64,000 bases of DNA. It comes from the human T2T-CHM13v2.0 reference genome, Homo sapiens. Below are positions 25,801 to 39,000 of this stretch, piece after piece. The notes beneath the pieces are model-generated. The model worked only from the letters and a program-made list of their open reading frames with translations, did not search any database and was not told where the DNA came from. The translations under genes were made by a program, and so were the position numbers. Every line of letters begins with the position of its first letter. Position 1 is the stretch's first letter. The stretch lies in NCBI RefSeq assembly GCF_009914755.1, contig NC_060946.1; one strand, given 5' to 3'.

Positions 25801-28800
25801 AGAGCAGTGGAATGGAATGGAAAGCAGTTGAGTGGAATGGAACGGAGTTGAATGGAAAAGAGTGTAATGGAGTAGAGTGGAGATGAATGGAATTGAGAGG
25901 AATGAAGTGAGGTGGAATGGAGTAGAATATAGCGGAGTGGAATGGAATGGAATGGAATGGAATGGAATGGAATGGAATGGAATGGAATGGAATGGAGTGG
26001 AGTGGAGTGGATTCCAATGCAATGGATTGGAGTGGAGTGGAGAGGATTGGAATAGAATAGAGTGAAATGGAGTGGAATGGAATGGAGTGGAGTGCAATGG
26101 AATGGAGCAGAATGGAATGGAGTGGAATGGAATGGAGTGTAGTGGAGTGTTATGGAATGGTGTGGAGTGTAGCGGAATGGAAAGGACTGGAATGTAGTGG
26201 AGTGTAATAGAATGGAAATGAGTGGAGGGGAATGTAATGGGATGGAGTTGTTTGGAATGGAGTGGAAGGGAATGGAGTGGAATAGAATGGAAGGGAATGG
26301 AAAAGAATGGAATGGAGTAAAATGGAACGGAATGGAAAGGAATGGAATTTAAAGGAATGGAGTGGAGTGGAATTGAATGGAAAGGAATGGAACGGAATGT
26401 AATGGAACGGAATGTAATGGAATGGAATGGAATGGAGTGGATTGGAGTGGAGCGGAGTGGAGTGGTATGGAATTGAATAATGTGGAGTGGAATGGAATGG
26501 AATGGAATAGAATGGAATGGAGTGGAGTGGAATGGAAGGGAATGGGATGGAATGCTGAGGTGTTGACTGGAGTGGAGAAGAGCATAGTGGAATGTAATGG
26601 AATGTAAAGAAATGGAATAGAATGGAATAGCTTACTATAGAATGGTATGGAGTGGAGTGGAATGGAATGGAATGGAATGCAGTGGAATGGAGTGGAGTGG
26701 AGTGGAATGGAATGCACTGCAATGGAGTGGAATGGATTGGAATGGAGTAGAATGGAGTGGAATGGAGTGGAGTGGAATGGAAAGGAATGGAATCGAATGG
26801 AATGGAGTGGAGTGGAGTGGAATGGAATGGAATGGATTGGAGGGAGTGGAGAGGAGTGGAATAGAATAGAGTGAAATTGAGTGGAATGGAATGGAGTGGA
26901 GTGCAACAGAATGGAGCGGAATGGAATGGAGAGGAATGGAATAGAGTGGAGTCGAGTGTTATGGAATGGTGTGGAGTGTAGTGGAGTGGAAAGGACTGGA
27001 ATGTAGTGGAGTGTAATGGAATGGAAATGAGTGGAGGGGAATGTAATGGAATGGAGTTGATTGGAATGGAATGGAATGGAATTGATTGGAATGGAATGGA
27101 AGTGAATGGAATGGAATGGAGTAAAATGGAAAAGAATGGAAACGAATGGAATGGAATGGAATGGATTGGAGTGGAATTGAATGGAAAGTAATGGAAAGGC
27201 ATGGAATGGAATGGAATGGAATGGAACGGAACGGAACGGAATGGAGTGGATTGGAGTGGAGTGGAGTGGTATGGAATTGAATAAAATGGAGTGGAATGGA
27301 ATGGAATGGAAAAGAATGGAATGGAGTGGAGTGGAATGGGATGGAATGGGGAGGTGTGGACTGGAATGGAGGAGAGAATAGTGGAATGGAATGGAATGGA
27401 ATGGAATGAAATGGAATGGAAGGGAATGGAATGGTATACTACAGAATGGTATGGAGTGGAGTGGAATGGAATGGAATGGAATGCAGTGGAATGGAGTGGA
27501 ATGGAATGGAATGGAGTGGATTGGAGTGGAATTCAATGGAGTAAAATGGATTGGATTGTAATGGAGTGGATTAGAATGGAATGGAGAGAAGTGGAAAGAA
27601 AAGGAGTGGAATGGAATGGTGTGGATTGGAGTGGAATGGAGTGAAATGGAATGGAACTGAACGGAATGAAAAGGAGAGGAATGGAATGGAAAGCTGTGTA
27701 GTGGAATGGAGTGGTGTGGAATGGAATTGAACGGAGTGGAGTGGAGTGGAATGGAATGAAACGGTGTGGAATGGCAATGAATGGGGTGCAATGGAATGGA
27801 GGGGATTAGAATGGAGTCTAATGGAAGGGAAAGTAATGGAGAGGAGTGGAATGGAATGGAATGGAATGCAATGGAATCGAGTGAAGTGGAGTAGAGTGGA
27901 GTGGAATGCAATGGAGTGGAATGGGATGGAGTGGAATGGAGTGGATTAGAATGCAGTGAAATGAAAGGGAATGGAATGGAATGTAGTGAAGTGGAATGGA
28001 ATGCAATGCAATGGATTCGATTGAAGTGGAGTGGAGTGGAGTGGAATGCAATGGAGTGGAATGAGATGGAGTGGAGTGGAGTGGAATAGAATGGAATGGA
28101 ATTGAATGGAAAGGAATTGACTGGAATGCAATGCAACGAAATGGAGTGGAATGAAGTTGAATGGAATGCAAAGGAATGGAATTGAATGGAGTGATATGGA
28201 ATGGAATGAAATGGAATACAATGGATTCGAGTGGAGTGCTGTGGAGTGTAATGGAATGGAATGCAATGGAATGGAATGGAATGGAAGGGATTGAAATGGA
28301 AAGGAATGCAATAGAATGGAATTTAATGGAATGGAATGCAGTGGGGTGGAATAGAAAGGAGTGGAGTGGAATGGAATGGAATGCAATGGAATTTAATGTA
28401 ACGGAAAGTAATGGAAAGGAATGGAATGGAATGGAGAGGAGGGGATTATCGTGGAGTGGAGTGAATTGGAAAGGAATGGAATGGAATGGAATGGAATGGA
28501 ATGAAATGAAATGTGGTGAAGTGGACTAGAATGGAATGAAATGGACTAGAATGGAGTGGAGTGGATTGGAATGGAATAGAATGTAGTGGAGTGGAGTGGA
28601 ATGGAATGGAATGGAGTGGATTGGAAAGGATTGGAATGGATTGGAATGGAATGGAATGAAACAGAGTGGAATGGAATGGAGTGGAATGGAATGGAATGGA
28701 ATGGAATGAAGAGGAGTGTAGTGGAATGGAATCGTTTGTATTGAAATGTGATGGAATGCAGATGGATGTAATGGAATAGAATGGGATGGAATAGAATGGG

Positions 28801-31800
28801 ATGGAAAGGAATGGAATGGAAATGGGTGGAGTCAAGAGGAAAGCAATGGAGTGAAGTGGAATGGAATTCAATGCAATGGAATGGAACGGAATGAAATGGA
28901 TTGGAATGGAATAGAATGGAGTGGAATGCAATGGAATGGGATGGAATGGTATTGAATGGAATAGACTGGAGTGGAATGGAATGGAAAGGAATGGAACGGA
29001 ATGGAATGGAATGGAGTGGGGTGGAATGGAATGGAATGTAACGGAGTGGAATGGAGTGTAGTGGAGTGGAATGGAATAGAATGGAGTGGATTAGAATGTA
29101 GTGCAATGGAATGCAGAGGAATGAAAGGAAGGGAATGGAATGGAATGGAAAGGAATGGAATGGAGGGGAGTGGAATGGAGTGGAAAGGAATTGAATGGAA
29201 TGGAATGAAGTGGAATGGAATTTAACCGAATGGATTGGAGTGGAATGGAGTTGAGTGGAGTGAAATGGAATGGAATGGAGTGGAGTGGAGTGGAGTGGAA
29301 TGGAATGGATTGGAATGGAGTGGAATGGAAGGAAATGGGATGGAATGGGGAGGAGTGGAATGGATTGGAGTAGAGTATAGTGGAATGGAATGGAATGTAA
29401 ACAAATGGAATAGAATGGAATGGAGCAGAATACTTTCGAATGGTACGAAGTGGAGAGGAATGGAACGGAATGCAATGCAGGGGAATGGAGTGGAGTGGAG
29501 TGGAATGGAATGGAACGCAGTGGAATGTAGTGGAATGGAATGGAGTGGAATGGAGTGGAGTGGAGTGGATTGGAATGGAATGGAGTAGATTGGAGTGGAT
29601 TGGAATGGAGTGGAGTGGAATGGAATATAGGGGAGTGGAAAAAAATGGATTGAAATGGAATGGTGGGGAATGGAATGGAGTCGTGTGGAGTGGAATGGAG
29701 TGGAGTGGAATGGAGTGGAGTTGAATGTAATGGAAAGGTGAGGAATGGTATGGAAAGGTGTGGAGTTGAGTGCAGTGGTGTGGAATGATTTGAATGGAGT
29801 GGAGTGAAATGGAATGAAACGGAGAAGAATGGCACGGAATGTGGTGCAATGGAATGGAGTGGATAAGAATGGAGTCTAATGGAAGGGAGTGGAATGGAGT
29901 GGAGTGAAATGGAATGAAATGGAATACAATGGAATGGAGTGGAGTGGAGTGGAATGCAATGGCGTGGAATGCAATGGAGTGGAGTGGAGTGTAGTGGAAC
30001 AGAGTTGAATGGAATTGAATGGAACGGAATTGACTGGAATGGAATGCAACGAAATATAGTGGAAAGGAGTTGAATGGAATCTAAAGGAATGGAATTGAAT
30101 GGAGTGGAATTGAAAGGAATGAAATGAAATGCAATGGATGCGAGTGGAGTGCTGTGGAATGTAATGGATTAGAATTCAAAGGAATGGAATGTAATGGAAT
30201 GAATTGGAATGCAATGGAATGGAATGGAATGGAATGGAATTTAATGGAATGGAATGGACGGGGTGGAATGGAATGGAGTGGAGTGGATTGGAATGGAATG
30301 CAATGGAATGTAAAGCAATGGAGTGGAATGGATTGCAATGGAAAGGAGAAGAGGGGGTTGTATTGGAATGGAGTGAAGTGGAATGGAATGGAACGGAACA
30401 GAATGGAATGCAAAGCAATGGCATGCATTGGAATGGCATGGAATGAAATGGACTGGAATTCAGTGGAGTGGAGTGGAATGGAATGAAATGGAGTGGGATA
30501 CAATGGAATGGAATGGAATGGAATGGAATGGAATGGAATAGGGTGGAATGCATTGGGATGGATTGGAATGGAGTAGAGTGGAGTGAAGTGGGATGGAACG
30601 GAGTGGAGTGGAAAGGATTGGAACGGAATGTAATGTAATGGAATGGAATGAAACAGAGTGGAATGGAATGGAATTGAATGGAGAGGAATGTAGAGGAGTG
30701 AAGTGGAATGGAATGTATTGAAATGTAATGGAATGGAGATGAATGTGATGTAATGCAATGTAATGGAATAGAATGGGATGGAATAGAGTAGCATGGAGTG
30801 GAATGAAACGGAATGGAAGCGTATGGAATGGAATTTAATTGAACGGAATGCAATGGAACCGAATGGAATGCTGTGGAATGGAATGGAATGTGCTGGAAAT
30901 GAATGGAGTGGAATGTTATATGGTGGAGTGGAGTGGAATGGAATGGACTGGATTGGAGTGGAATGGAATGGAATGGAATGTAAAGGAGGGGAAACGACTG
31001 GAATGGTATGGAATGGAATGTAATGGAATGGAGTGAAGTGGAAGGGAATGGAATGGAAGCGAACAGAGTGGAATGTAATGGAATGGAGTGGAGAGGAATG
31101 GAGTGGAGTGGAATGGAATGGAGTATAATGTGGTGGAGTGGAGTGGATGGGAATGGAATGCAATGGAGTGGAATGGAACGGAACGGAGAGGAGGGGAATG
31201 GAATGGAAGAGAATGGCATGCAGTGGAGTGGAACGGAATGGAATGGAAAGAAATGGAATGGAATGGAATAAAGTGGAATGGAATCGAGTGGGGCGGAGTG
31301 GAATGGAATGGACAGGAATGGTATGGAATGGAATGTAGTGGAAGGGAATGGCATGAAATGGAGTGGAGGGGAATGGAGTGGAATGGAATGGAGTGGAATG
31401 GAGTGGAGTGCAAGGGAGTGTAATGAAGTGGAGAGGAATGGAAGGGAATGGAATGGATTGTAGCGGAATGGAATGGAATGGAATTGAGTGGATAGGACTG
31501 GAATGGAGTCCAATGGAGTGGAGTGGAATGGAAAGGAGTGGAATGAAATGGAGTGGAAGGGAGTTGAGCGGAATGGAATGTAAAGTATTGGAAAGGAATT
31601 GAGTGTAGTTTAATGGAATTGAACCGAATGGGGTGGAGTGGAGTTGAGTGGGGTCAAATGGAGGGGAATGGAATGGAATGTAATGGAATGGAAGGGAATT
31701 GAATGGAAATGATTGGAGTGTAGTGGAGTGGAATGGAGGGTAGTGGAGTGGAGAGCTATGGAATGGAATTGAATGGAGTGGAATGGAATTGAGTGGAATT

Positions 31801-34800
31801 GAATGAAATGGAATGGAGTGAAATGGAATGAAACGGAGTGGAGTAGAAGGGAATGGAATGGAATGGAATGGAATGGAGTGGAATGGAATGGAATGGAATG
31901 GAGTGGAGTGGAGTAGAATGGAGTGGAATGCAATGGAGTGAAGGGGAGTGGAATGGAATTGTTTGGAGAGAATTGGAATGGAATGGATTGTAATCGAGTA
32001 GTGTGGAATGGAATGGAATGCAGTGTAGAGGAATGGAACATAATGGAGTGGAATGGAATGAATTGGAGTGGAATGGAACTGAGAGGAGTGGAATGGAATG
32101 GAAACGAATGGAATGGAATGGAATGGAATGAAATTGAGTGGAACGCAATGGAGTGGGGATGAGTGGAATGGAATGGACTGAAGTGGAATGGAATGATATG
32201 GAATGGAATGGAATAGAATGGAATGGGACGGAATTTAACGCATTGGAATGGAGTGGAATGGAGTGGAGTGAAATGGATTGTAATGGAATGGAATGGGATA
32301 CAATGGAATGGACTGTAATGGAATGGAGTGGAATGGAGTGGAATGGAGTGGAATGGAGTGCAGTGGAGTGGAGTGGAGGGGAGTGGAATGTAATGGAGTG
32401 GAGTGGAATGGAATAAAATGGAATGGATTGGAAAGGAACGGAGTGGTGTGGAGTGGGGTCGAATGGAATGAAACTGAAAAGAATGGAATGGAATGGAATG
32501 GAATGGAATAGGGTGGAGTGGAGTGGAATGGAATCAATGGAGAGGAATGTACTGGAGTGAAACGGAAAGGAATGGAGTGGAGTGTAATGGTATGAGGTGG
32601 AATGGAATGGAGTGGAATGGATTTCATTGGAGAGGAATGGAATGGAGTAGAATGGAATGGACTGGAGTTGAGTGGAGTGTGTTCGAGTAGATGGTTTTGA
32701 ATGGAATGGAATATAATGGGGTGGACTGGAGTGGAACGGAGTGGAGTGGAGTTGAGTGGAATGTGTTCGAGTGGATGGTATTGGAATGGAATGGAATGGA
32801 AAGGGGTGGAATGGAGTGTAGTGTAGTGCAGTGGAGTGGGTTCGATTGGATGATAATTGAATGGAACGTAGTGGCGTGGAATGGAGTGGAGTGGAGAGGA
32901 ATGGATTTGAAAGGATTGCAGTGGAAAGGAATGCATCGGGGTGTAGTGGAATGTAAAGGAATGCAGTGGAATGGAATTGAATGTTATGGAATTGAATGGA
33001 GTGTAGAGAAATTGAATGGAATGGAATGGAATGGAAGGGAATGGAATGGAAGGGAATAGAATGGAGTGGAATGGTGTGGAAGGGAATGGAATTTAAAGGA
33101 TTTGAGTGGATTGTAGTGGAGTGGAGTAGAATGGAATTGTGTGGAATGGAATGGATTGCAATGGAATGGAGTGGAAGGGAATGGAGTGGTGTGGAGTAGA
33201 ATGGATTGGAATTAAATGCAATGGAATGGAATGGAGTGGAATGGAACAGAATGGAATGGAGTGGAATGGAATGGGACGGAGTGGAATGGAGTGGAGTGGA
33301 TTGGAATGGAATGGAGTGGAATGGAGGGGAGTGCAATGGAATGGAACGGTGTGGAGTGGAGTGTAATGGAACGGAGTGGAATAGAATGTAATGGAATGCA
33401 ATGGCTTGGAATGGAGTGGAATGTAACGGAATGACAGGGAATGGAATGGAATGGAAAAGAACGGAAGGGAAGGGAGTGGAATGGAATGGAATGGAATGGA
33501 AGGGAATGCAGTGGAATGGAAATTAAAGGAATGGAATGGAATGGAATGGAATGGAATGGAATGGAATGGAATGGAATGGAGTGGAATGGAGTGGAGTTCA
33601 GTGGAGTAGAATGGAATGGTGTAGAGTGGAGTGGAATGCAATGGAATGGAATGGAAAGGAGTGGAGAGGAATGGAGTGGTGTGGAATGGAATGGAATGAT
33701 ATGGAATGGAATCGAATGGTGTGTAAAGAAATTGTAGGGAAAAGAGAGAAGAGATGTGGAGTGGAATGGAATGGAGTGAATGTAGTGGAGTGGAGTGGTT
33801 TGTAATGGAGTGTAATGGAAAGGAAAGGATAGGAGTGGAGTGGAAAGGAGTGGAATGGAATGGAAAGGAATGGAATAAAAGGGCATGGAATGGAATGGAG
33901 TCCGGTTGAGTGGAATGGAATAGAGTGGAGTGGAATGGAAAGGAATGGAATGAAATGGAATGGAATTGAGTGGAGTGGAGTGGAGTGTAATGGAGTGCCA
34001 TCGAGTGGAATGGAATTGAATGGAATATAATGGAATAGACTCGAATGGAATGGAATGCAGCGGAATGGAGTCTAGTGGAGTAGAATGGAATGGAGCGGAA
34101 TGGAGTGGAATGGAATGGATTGGAGTGAAAAGAATGGAATTGAATGGATTGGAATAAAATAGAGTGGAATATACTGCAGTGGAAAGGAATGGATTGGAGT
34201 GAAAAGAATGGACTGGAATGGATTGGAGTGGAATAGAGTGGAATGTAGTGCAGTAGAATGGAATTGATTGGTATGGAATGGAGTTGAATGGAATTGCGTG
34301 TAGTGGAAAGGAAGGGAATGGAATGAAATGGAATGGAGTGGAGTGGAGTACAGTGGAGTGGAGTGGGGTCGAATGGATTGTAGTCGAATGGAATGGAATG
34401 GAATGGAGTGGAAGGGAGTGGAGTGGAATGGAATGAAAGGCATTGGAAAGGAATATAATGGAATATAATGGAATGGAATGGAAAGAAATGGAATGGATGG
34501 GAATGGACTGGAATAGAGTGGAGTGGAATATACTGGAATGGAATGGAAGGAATGGAATGGTATGGAAAGGAGGGGAGTAGAGTGGAATGGAATGGAGTGG
34601 AATGGATTGGAGTGGAATGGAATGGAATGGAAAGAATGGAATGGAGGGCAGTGGAATGGATTGGATTGGAGTGGAATGGAGTGGAATGGAGTGGAGTGTA
34701 GTGAAAAGGAATGGAATGGAGTGGACTGGAATAGAGTGGTATGGAATGGAACGGAGTGCAGTGGAATGGAATGGAATGGAATGAAATGAAATGGAATGGA

Positions 34801-35701
34801 GTGAAGTGGAATGGAATGGAGTTGAGGAGAATGGAATGGAATGGAAAAGAAGGAAATGGAGAGGCGGGGAGTGGAGTGGAATGCAATGAATTTCAATGGA
34901 GTTGAGTGGATTGGAATGGAACAGAATGCAGTGGAATGGAATGGAATGAAATGGAAAGTAGTGGAATGGAATCTAACGGAAAGGAGTGGAATGGAATGGA
35001 ATGGAATACAATGGAATGGAGTGGAATGGAGAGGAGTGGAGGGAGTGGAATTGAATGGAGTGAAGTGAAGTGGAATTGAAACGAATGGAATGGATTGGAA
35101 TGGAATAGAGTTTAGTGGAGAGGAAAGGAGTGGAGTAGAGTGAAACGGAAGGGATCGGAATGGAAGAGAATGGAGAGGAATTTAATGGAATGGAGTGGAT
35201 TGAAGTGGAGTGGAGTGAAAAGGAATGGATTGGAATGGAATGGAGAGGAATGGAACGGAATGGAATGCAGTGTAATGGAGTGGAGTGGGGGGGAGGGGAA
35301 TGGAATGGAATGCAATGCAATGGAATTGAATGGAATGGAGTGAATTGGAACGTAATGGTGTGAAGTTGAGGGGAATTGAATGTAATGGAATGGAATGGAA
35401 TTGATTGGAATGGAGAGGAAGGGAGTGGAGTGGAATGAAATGGAGTTTAAAGAACGGAGTAGAATGGAACGGAATGGAATGGAGTGGAGTGGATAGGAAT
35501 GGAGTGGAATGGAATGGATAGAAATGGAATGGATTGGAGTGGGGTGGAATGGAATGGAGTGGAGTGAAGTGGAATCGAATTATAATGAAATGGAGTGGAA
35601 TGCAGTGGAGTGGGGTGGAGTGGAATGGAATGGAACAGAATGGAATGGAATGGAATGGAATAGAGTGGAATGTAATGGAATGGAAAAGAATGGAGTGGAA
35701 T

Positions 35702-35981
35702 GGAGTGGAGTGAAATGGAATGGAACGGAGTGGATTGGACTGGAATGGAATTCCATGGAATGGAATGCAATGGAACGGAATGGAATGGAACGGAGTGGAG
35801 TGAAATGGAATGGAACGGAGTGGATTGGACTGGAATGGAATTCCATGGAATGGAATGCAATGGAACGGAATGGAATGGAACGGAGTGGAGTGAAATGGAA
35901 TGGAACGGAGTGGATTGGACTGGAATGGAATTCCATGGAATGGAATGCAATGGAACGGAATGGAATGGAACGGAGTGGAGT
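35702..35981 (+). repeat. Perfect 90-bp tandem triplication
   Basis: TTCCATGGAA at 35751, 35841 and 35931 with identical intervening sequence. Confidence 0.93.
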
Positions 35982-36048
35982 GGAATGGAATGTAACGGAG
36001 TGAACGGGAGTGGAATGGAATGTAACGGAGTGAACGGGAGTGGAATGG
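35977..36048 (+). repeat. Perfect 30-bp tandem duplication
   Basis: GGAGTGGAATGGAATGTAACGGAGTGAACG repeated. Confidence 0.88.
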
Positions 36049-39000
36049 TATTAAATGGAGTAGAACGGAAAGGAGTGGAATGGAGTTTAGTGGAGTGGCA
36101 TGGAATGGAGTGGAATGGAGATGATTTGAGTGGTTTGGAATTGAATGGGATGGAGTAGAGTGGATTGGGTAGAGTGAATGGGAATCGAATGGAATGGAAA
36201 GGATTGGAATGGAATGGAGTGAAAGGGCGTGGAATGGATTGGAATGGAATGGAATAGAATGGAATGGAATGGAAAGGAATGGAATGGAAAGGAATGGAAT
36301 GGATTGGAGTGGAATGGAATGGAATGGAATGGAATGGAATTGAATGGAATGGAATGGAACAGAGTGGAGTGGAATGGAACGGAATGGAATGGAATCGAGT
36401 GGAATGGAATAGAAAGAAATGGAATGGAATGGAATGGAGTGTAATGGAATGGACTGGAGTGGAGTGGAATGGAATGGAATTGAATGAAATGAAGAGGAAT
36501 AGAATCAAATGGAAGGGAAATGAAGGGATTGGAGTGAAATTGAATGGAGTGGAATGGAGAGCAGAGGAATAGAACGGAATGGAATGGAGTGGAGTGAAAT
36601 GGAATGGAGTGGAAAGGAATGGATTAGATTGTAAAGGAGTGCAGTGGATTGGAACAGAATGGAGTTGAATGGAATAGAGTGGAAAGTAATGGAACAGAGT
36701 GCAGTGGAATGGAACGGAATGGAATGGAAAGGAATGAAATGGAATGGAATGGAATGGAGTGGAGTAGATAGGAATGGAACTGAGTGGACTGGAATGGAAT
36801 GGAACGGAATGGAATAGATTGGAGTGGAGTGGAGTGGAGTGGATTGTGGTCGAGAGGAATTGAATGGAATGGAATGGAATGGAATGGAACAGAATTTAAT
36901 GGAATGCAGTGCAGTAGAGTGGAGTGGAGTGGAATGGAATGGACCGGAATGGAAAAGATAGGAATGGAGTGGAATTGATTTGAATGGAATTGATGGGAGT
37001 GGAATGGAATGGAGTGGAGTGGAGTGAAGTGGAATGGAATGGAATCGAATAGATTGGAATGCAGTGTAGTGGGTTGGGGTGGAATGCAATGGAGTGGAGG
37101 GATGCAGATTGGAAAGGAATGGAATGGAAAGGAATAGAAGAGAATGAAATGGATTGGAGTGGAGTGTAGTGGAATGGAATGAAATGGAATGGAGTGGAAT
37201 GGAATGTAGTGGGGTGGAGTGTAATGGAATGGAGTAGAGTGAAGTGGAAGGGAATGGAATGGAGTGGAATGCAATGGAATGGAGTTGGGTGGAGTTGAAT
37301 GGAGAGGAAAGTAGAGAAATGGAATTGAGTGGAATGAAAGTGATAAGAGTGGAATGGAGTGGAATGGAATGGAATGGAATGAAAGGGATAAGAATGGAAT
37401 GAAGAGAAATGGAATGAAATGGAATGGAGTGGAATGGAGGAGATTGGACTGGAGTGGAGTGGAGTGGAGTGGATTGGGGTAGAGTGGGGAGGAATGGAGT
37501 GGAAAAGAATGGAGTAGAGTTGAGTGGAATGGAATGGACTGGAGTGGATTTGAGTGGAATGGAATGGACTGGAATGGAATGGAATGGAATGATGTGGAAT
37601 GGAATGGAGTGGAGAGGAGTGGAGTGGAATGAAGAGGAGAGGACTGGAATGGAATGGAATGGCATGAAACGGAATGGAACGGAATGGAATGGAGAGGAGG
37701 GGATTGGAGTGAATTGGAATGGAGTGGAAGGTAGTGGAGTGCAGTGGATTGGAATAGAATATAGTCGAATGGAAAGGAAAGGAATGGAACGGAATGTAAT
37801 GGAGTGGAGTGGTGTTGAATGGAATTGAGTGGAGTGGAAGTCATGGAATGGAATGGAGTGGACTGGAGAGGAGTTGGGTCGAGTGAAATGGAATGGAATG
37901 GAGTGGAGTGGAATGGAATGAAATTCAATGGAATGGAATGAAATGGAATGGATAGGAAAGGAGTGGAATGATCAGAATGGAATGGATTTGAATGGAATGG
38001 AATGGAATGTAGAGGAATGGAGTGGAATTGGGTGGAGTGCAATGGAATGGAGTGGAGTAATGTGGCATGGCACGGAATGGAATGGAAAGGAATAGAACGG
38101 AATGAAATGGATTGGAGTGGAGTGGAGTGAAATGGAGTGGAGAGGAGTGAAATGGAAAGGAATGGAATGGAATAGAATAGAATGGAATGGAGTAAATTTG
38201 AATGGAATGGGATGGAGTGGAGTGGAATGGAATGGAAAGGAGTGGAGAGGAGTGGAATGGAATTTAGTGGAGTGGAAGATCATGGAATAGAATGGAGTGG
38301 AGTGGAGTGGGGTCGAGTAAAATGGAATGGAATGGAGTGCAGTGGAATGGAATACAATGGAATGGATTGGAAAGGAATGGAATGGAATGGAGTGGAGTGG
38401 AATGAAAATCCATGGAGTAGAGTGGAATGGAATGGAGTGGAATGGAATGGAGTGTAACGAAATGGAATGGAATGGAATAGAGTGGAATGGAATGGAATTC
38501 AACTGAACGGAATGGAATGCATTGGAATGGAATGGAATTCAATTGAATGGAATGGAATGCAATGGAATGGAATGGAAAGGAATTGAATTCCGTGGAATGG
38601 AATGGAATTGACTGAAATGTAATGGAATGAAGTGGAATGGAGGGGAATGGAATGGCATGAATGGGAGTGGAATGGAACGTTATGTAATGGAATGGAATGG
38701 CATAGAGTGGAGTGGAGTGGAATGGAATGGAGTGGAGTGGAATGGAATGGAGTGGTGTGGAATGAAATGGAATGGAGTGGAATGGAATGGAATGGATATG
38801 AGGGGAGTGGAATGAAATGAAATGGAATGGAATAGAGTGGATTGGAAAGGAATGGAATGGAATGGAGTGATGTGGAATGAAATGGAGTGGATGGAGTAGA
38901 GTTTAGCGGATTGGAATGGAATGGAGTGGAATGGAATAGAGTGGAATGGAATGGTGTGTAGTGGAATGTAACTGGATGGAAAGGAATGGAATGAAATGGA

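Noticed and set aside
35745-35761. Array-scale inversion breakpoint
   Set aside because: Only one pentamer is inverted, and the G-rich strand continues on + on both sides.
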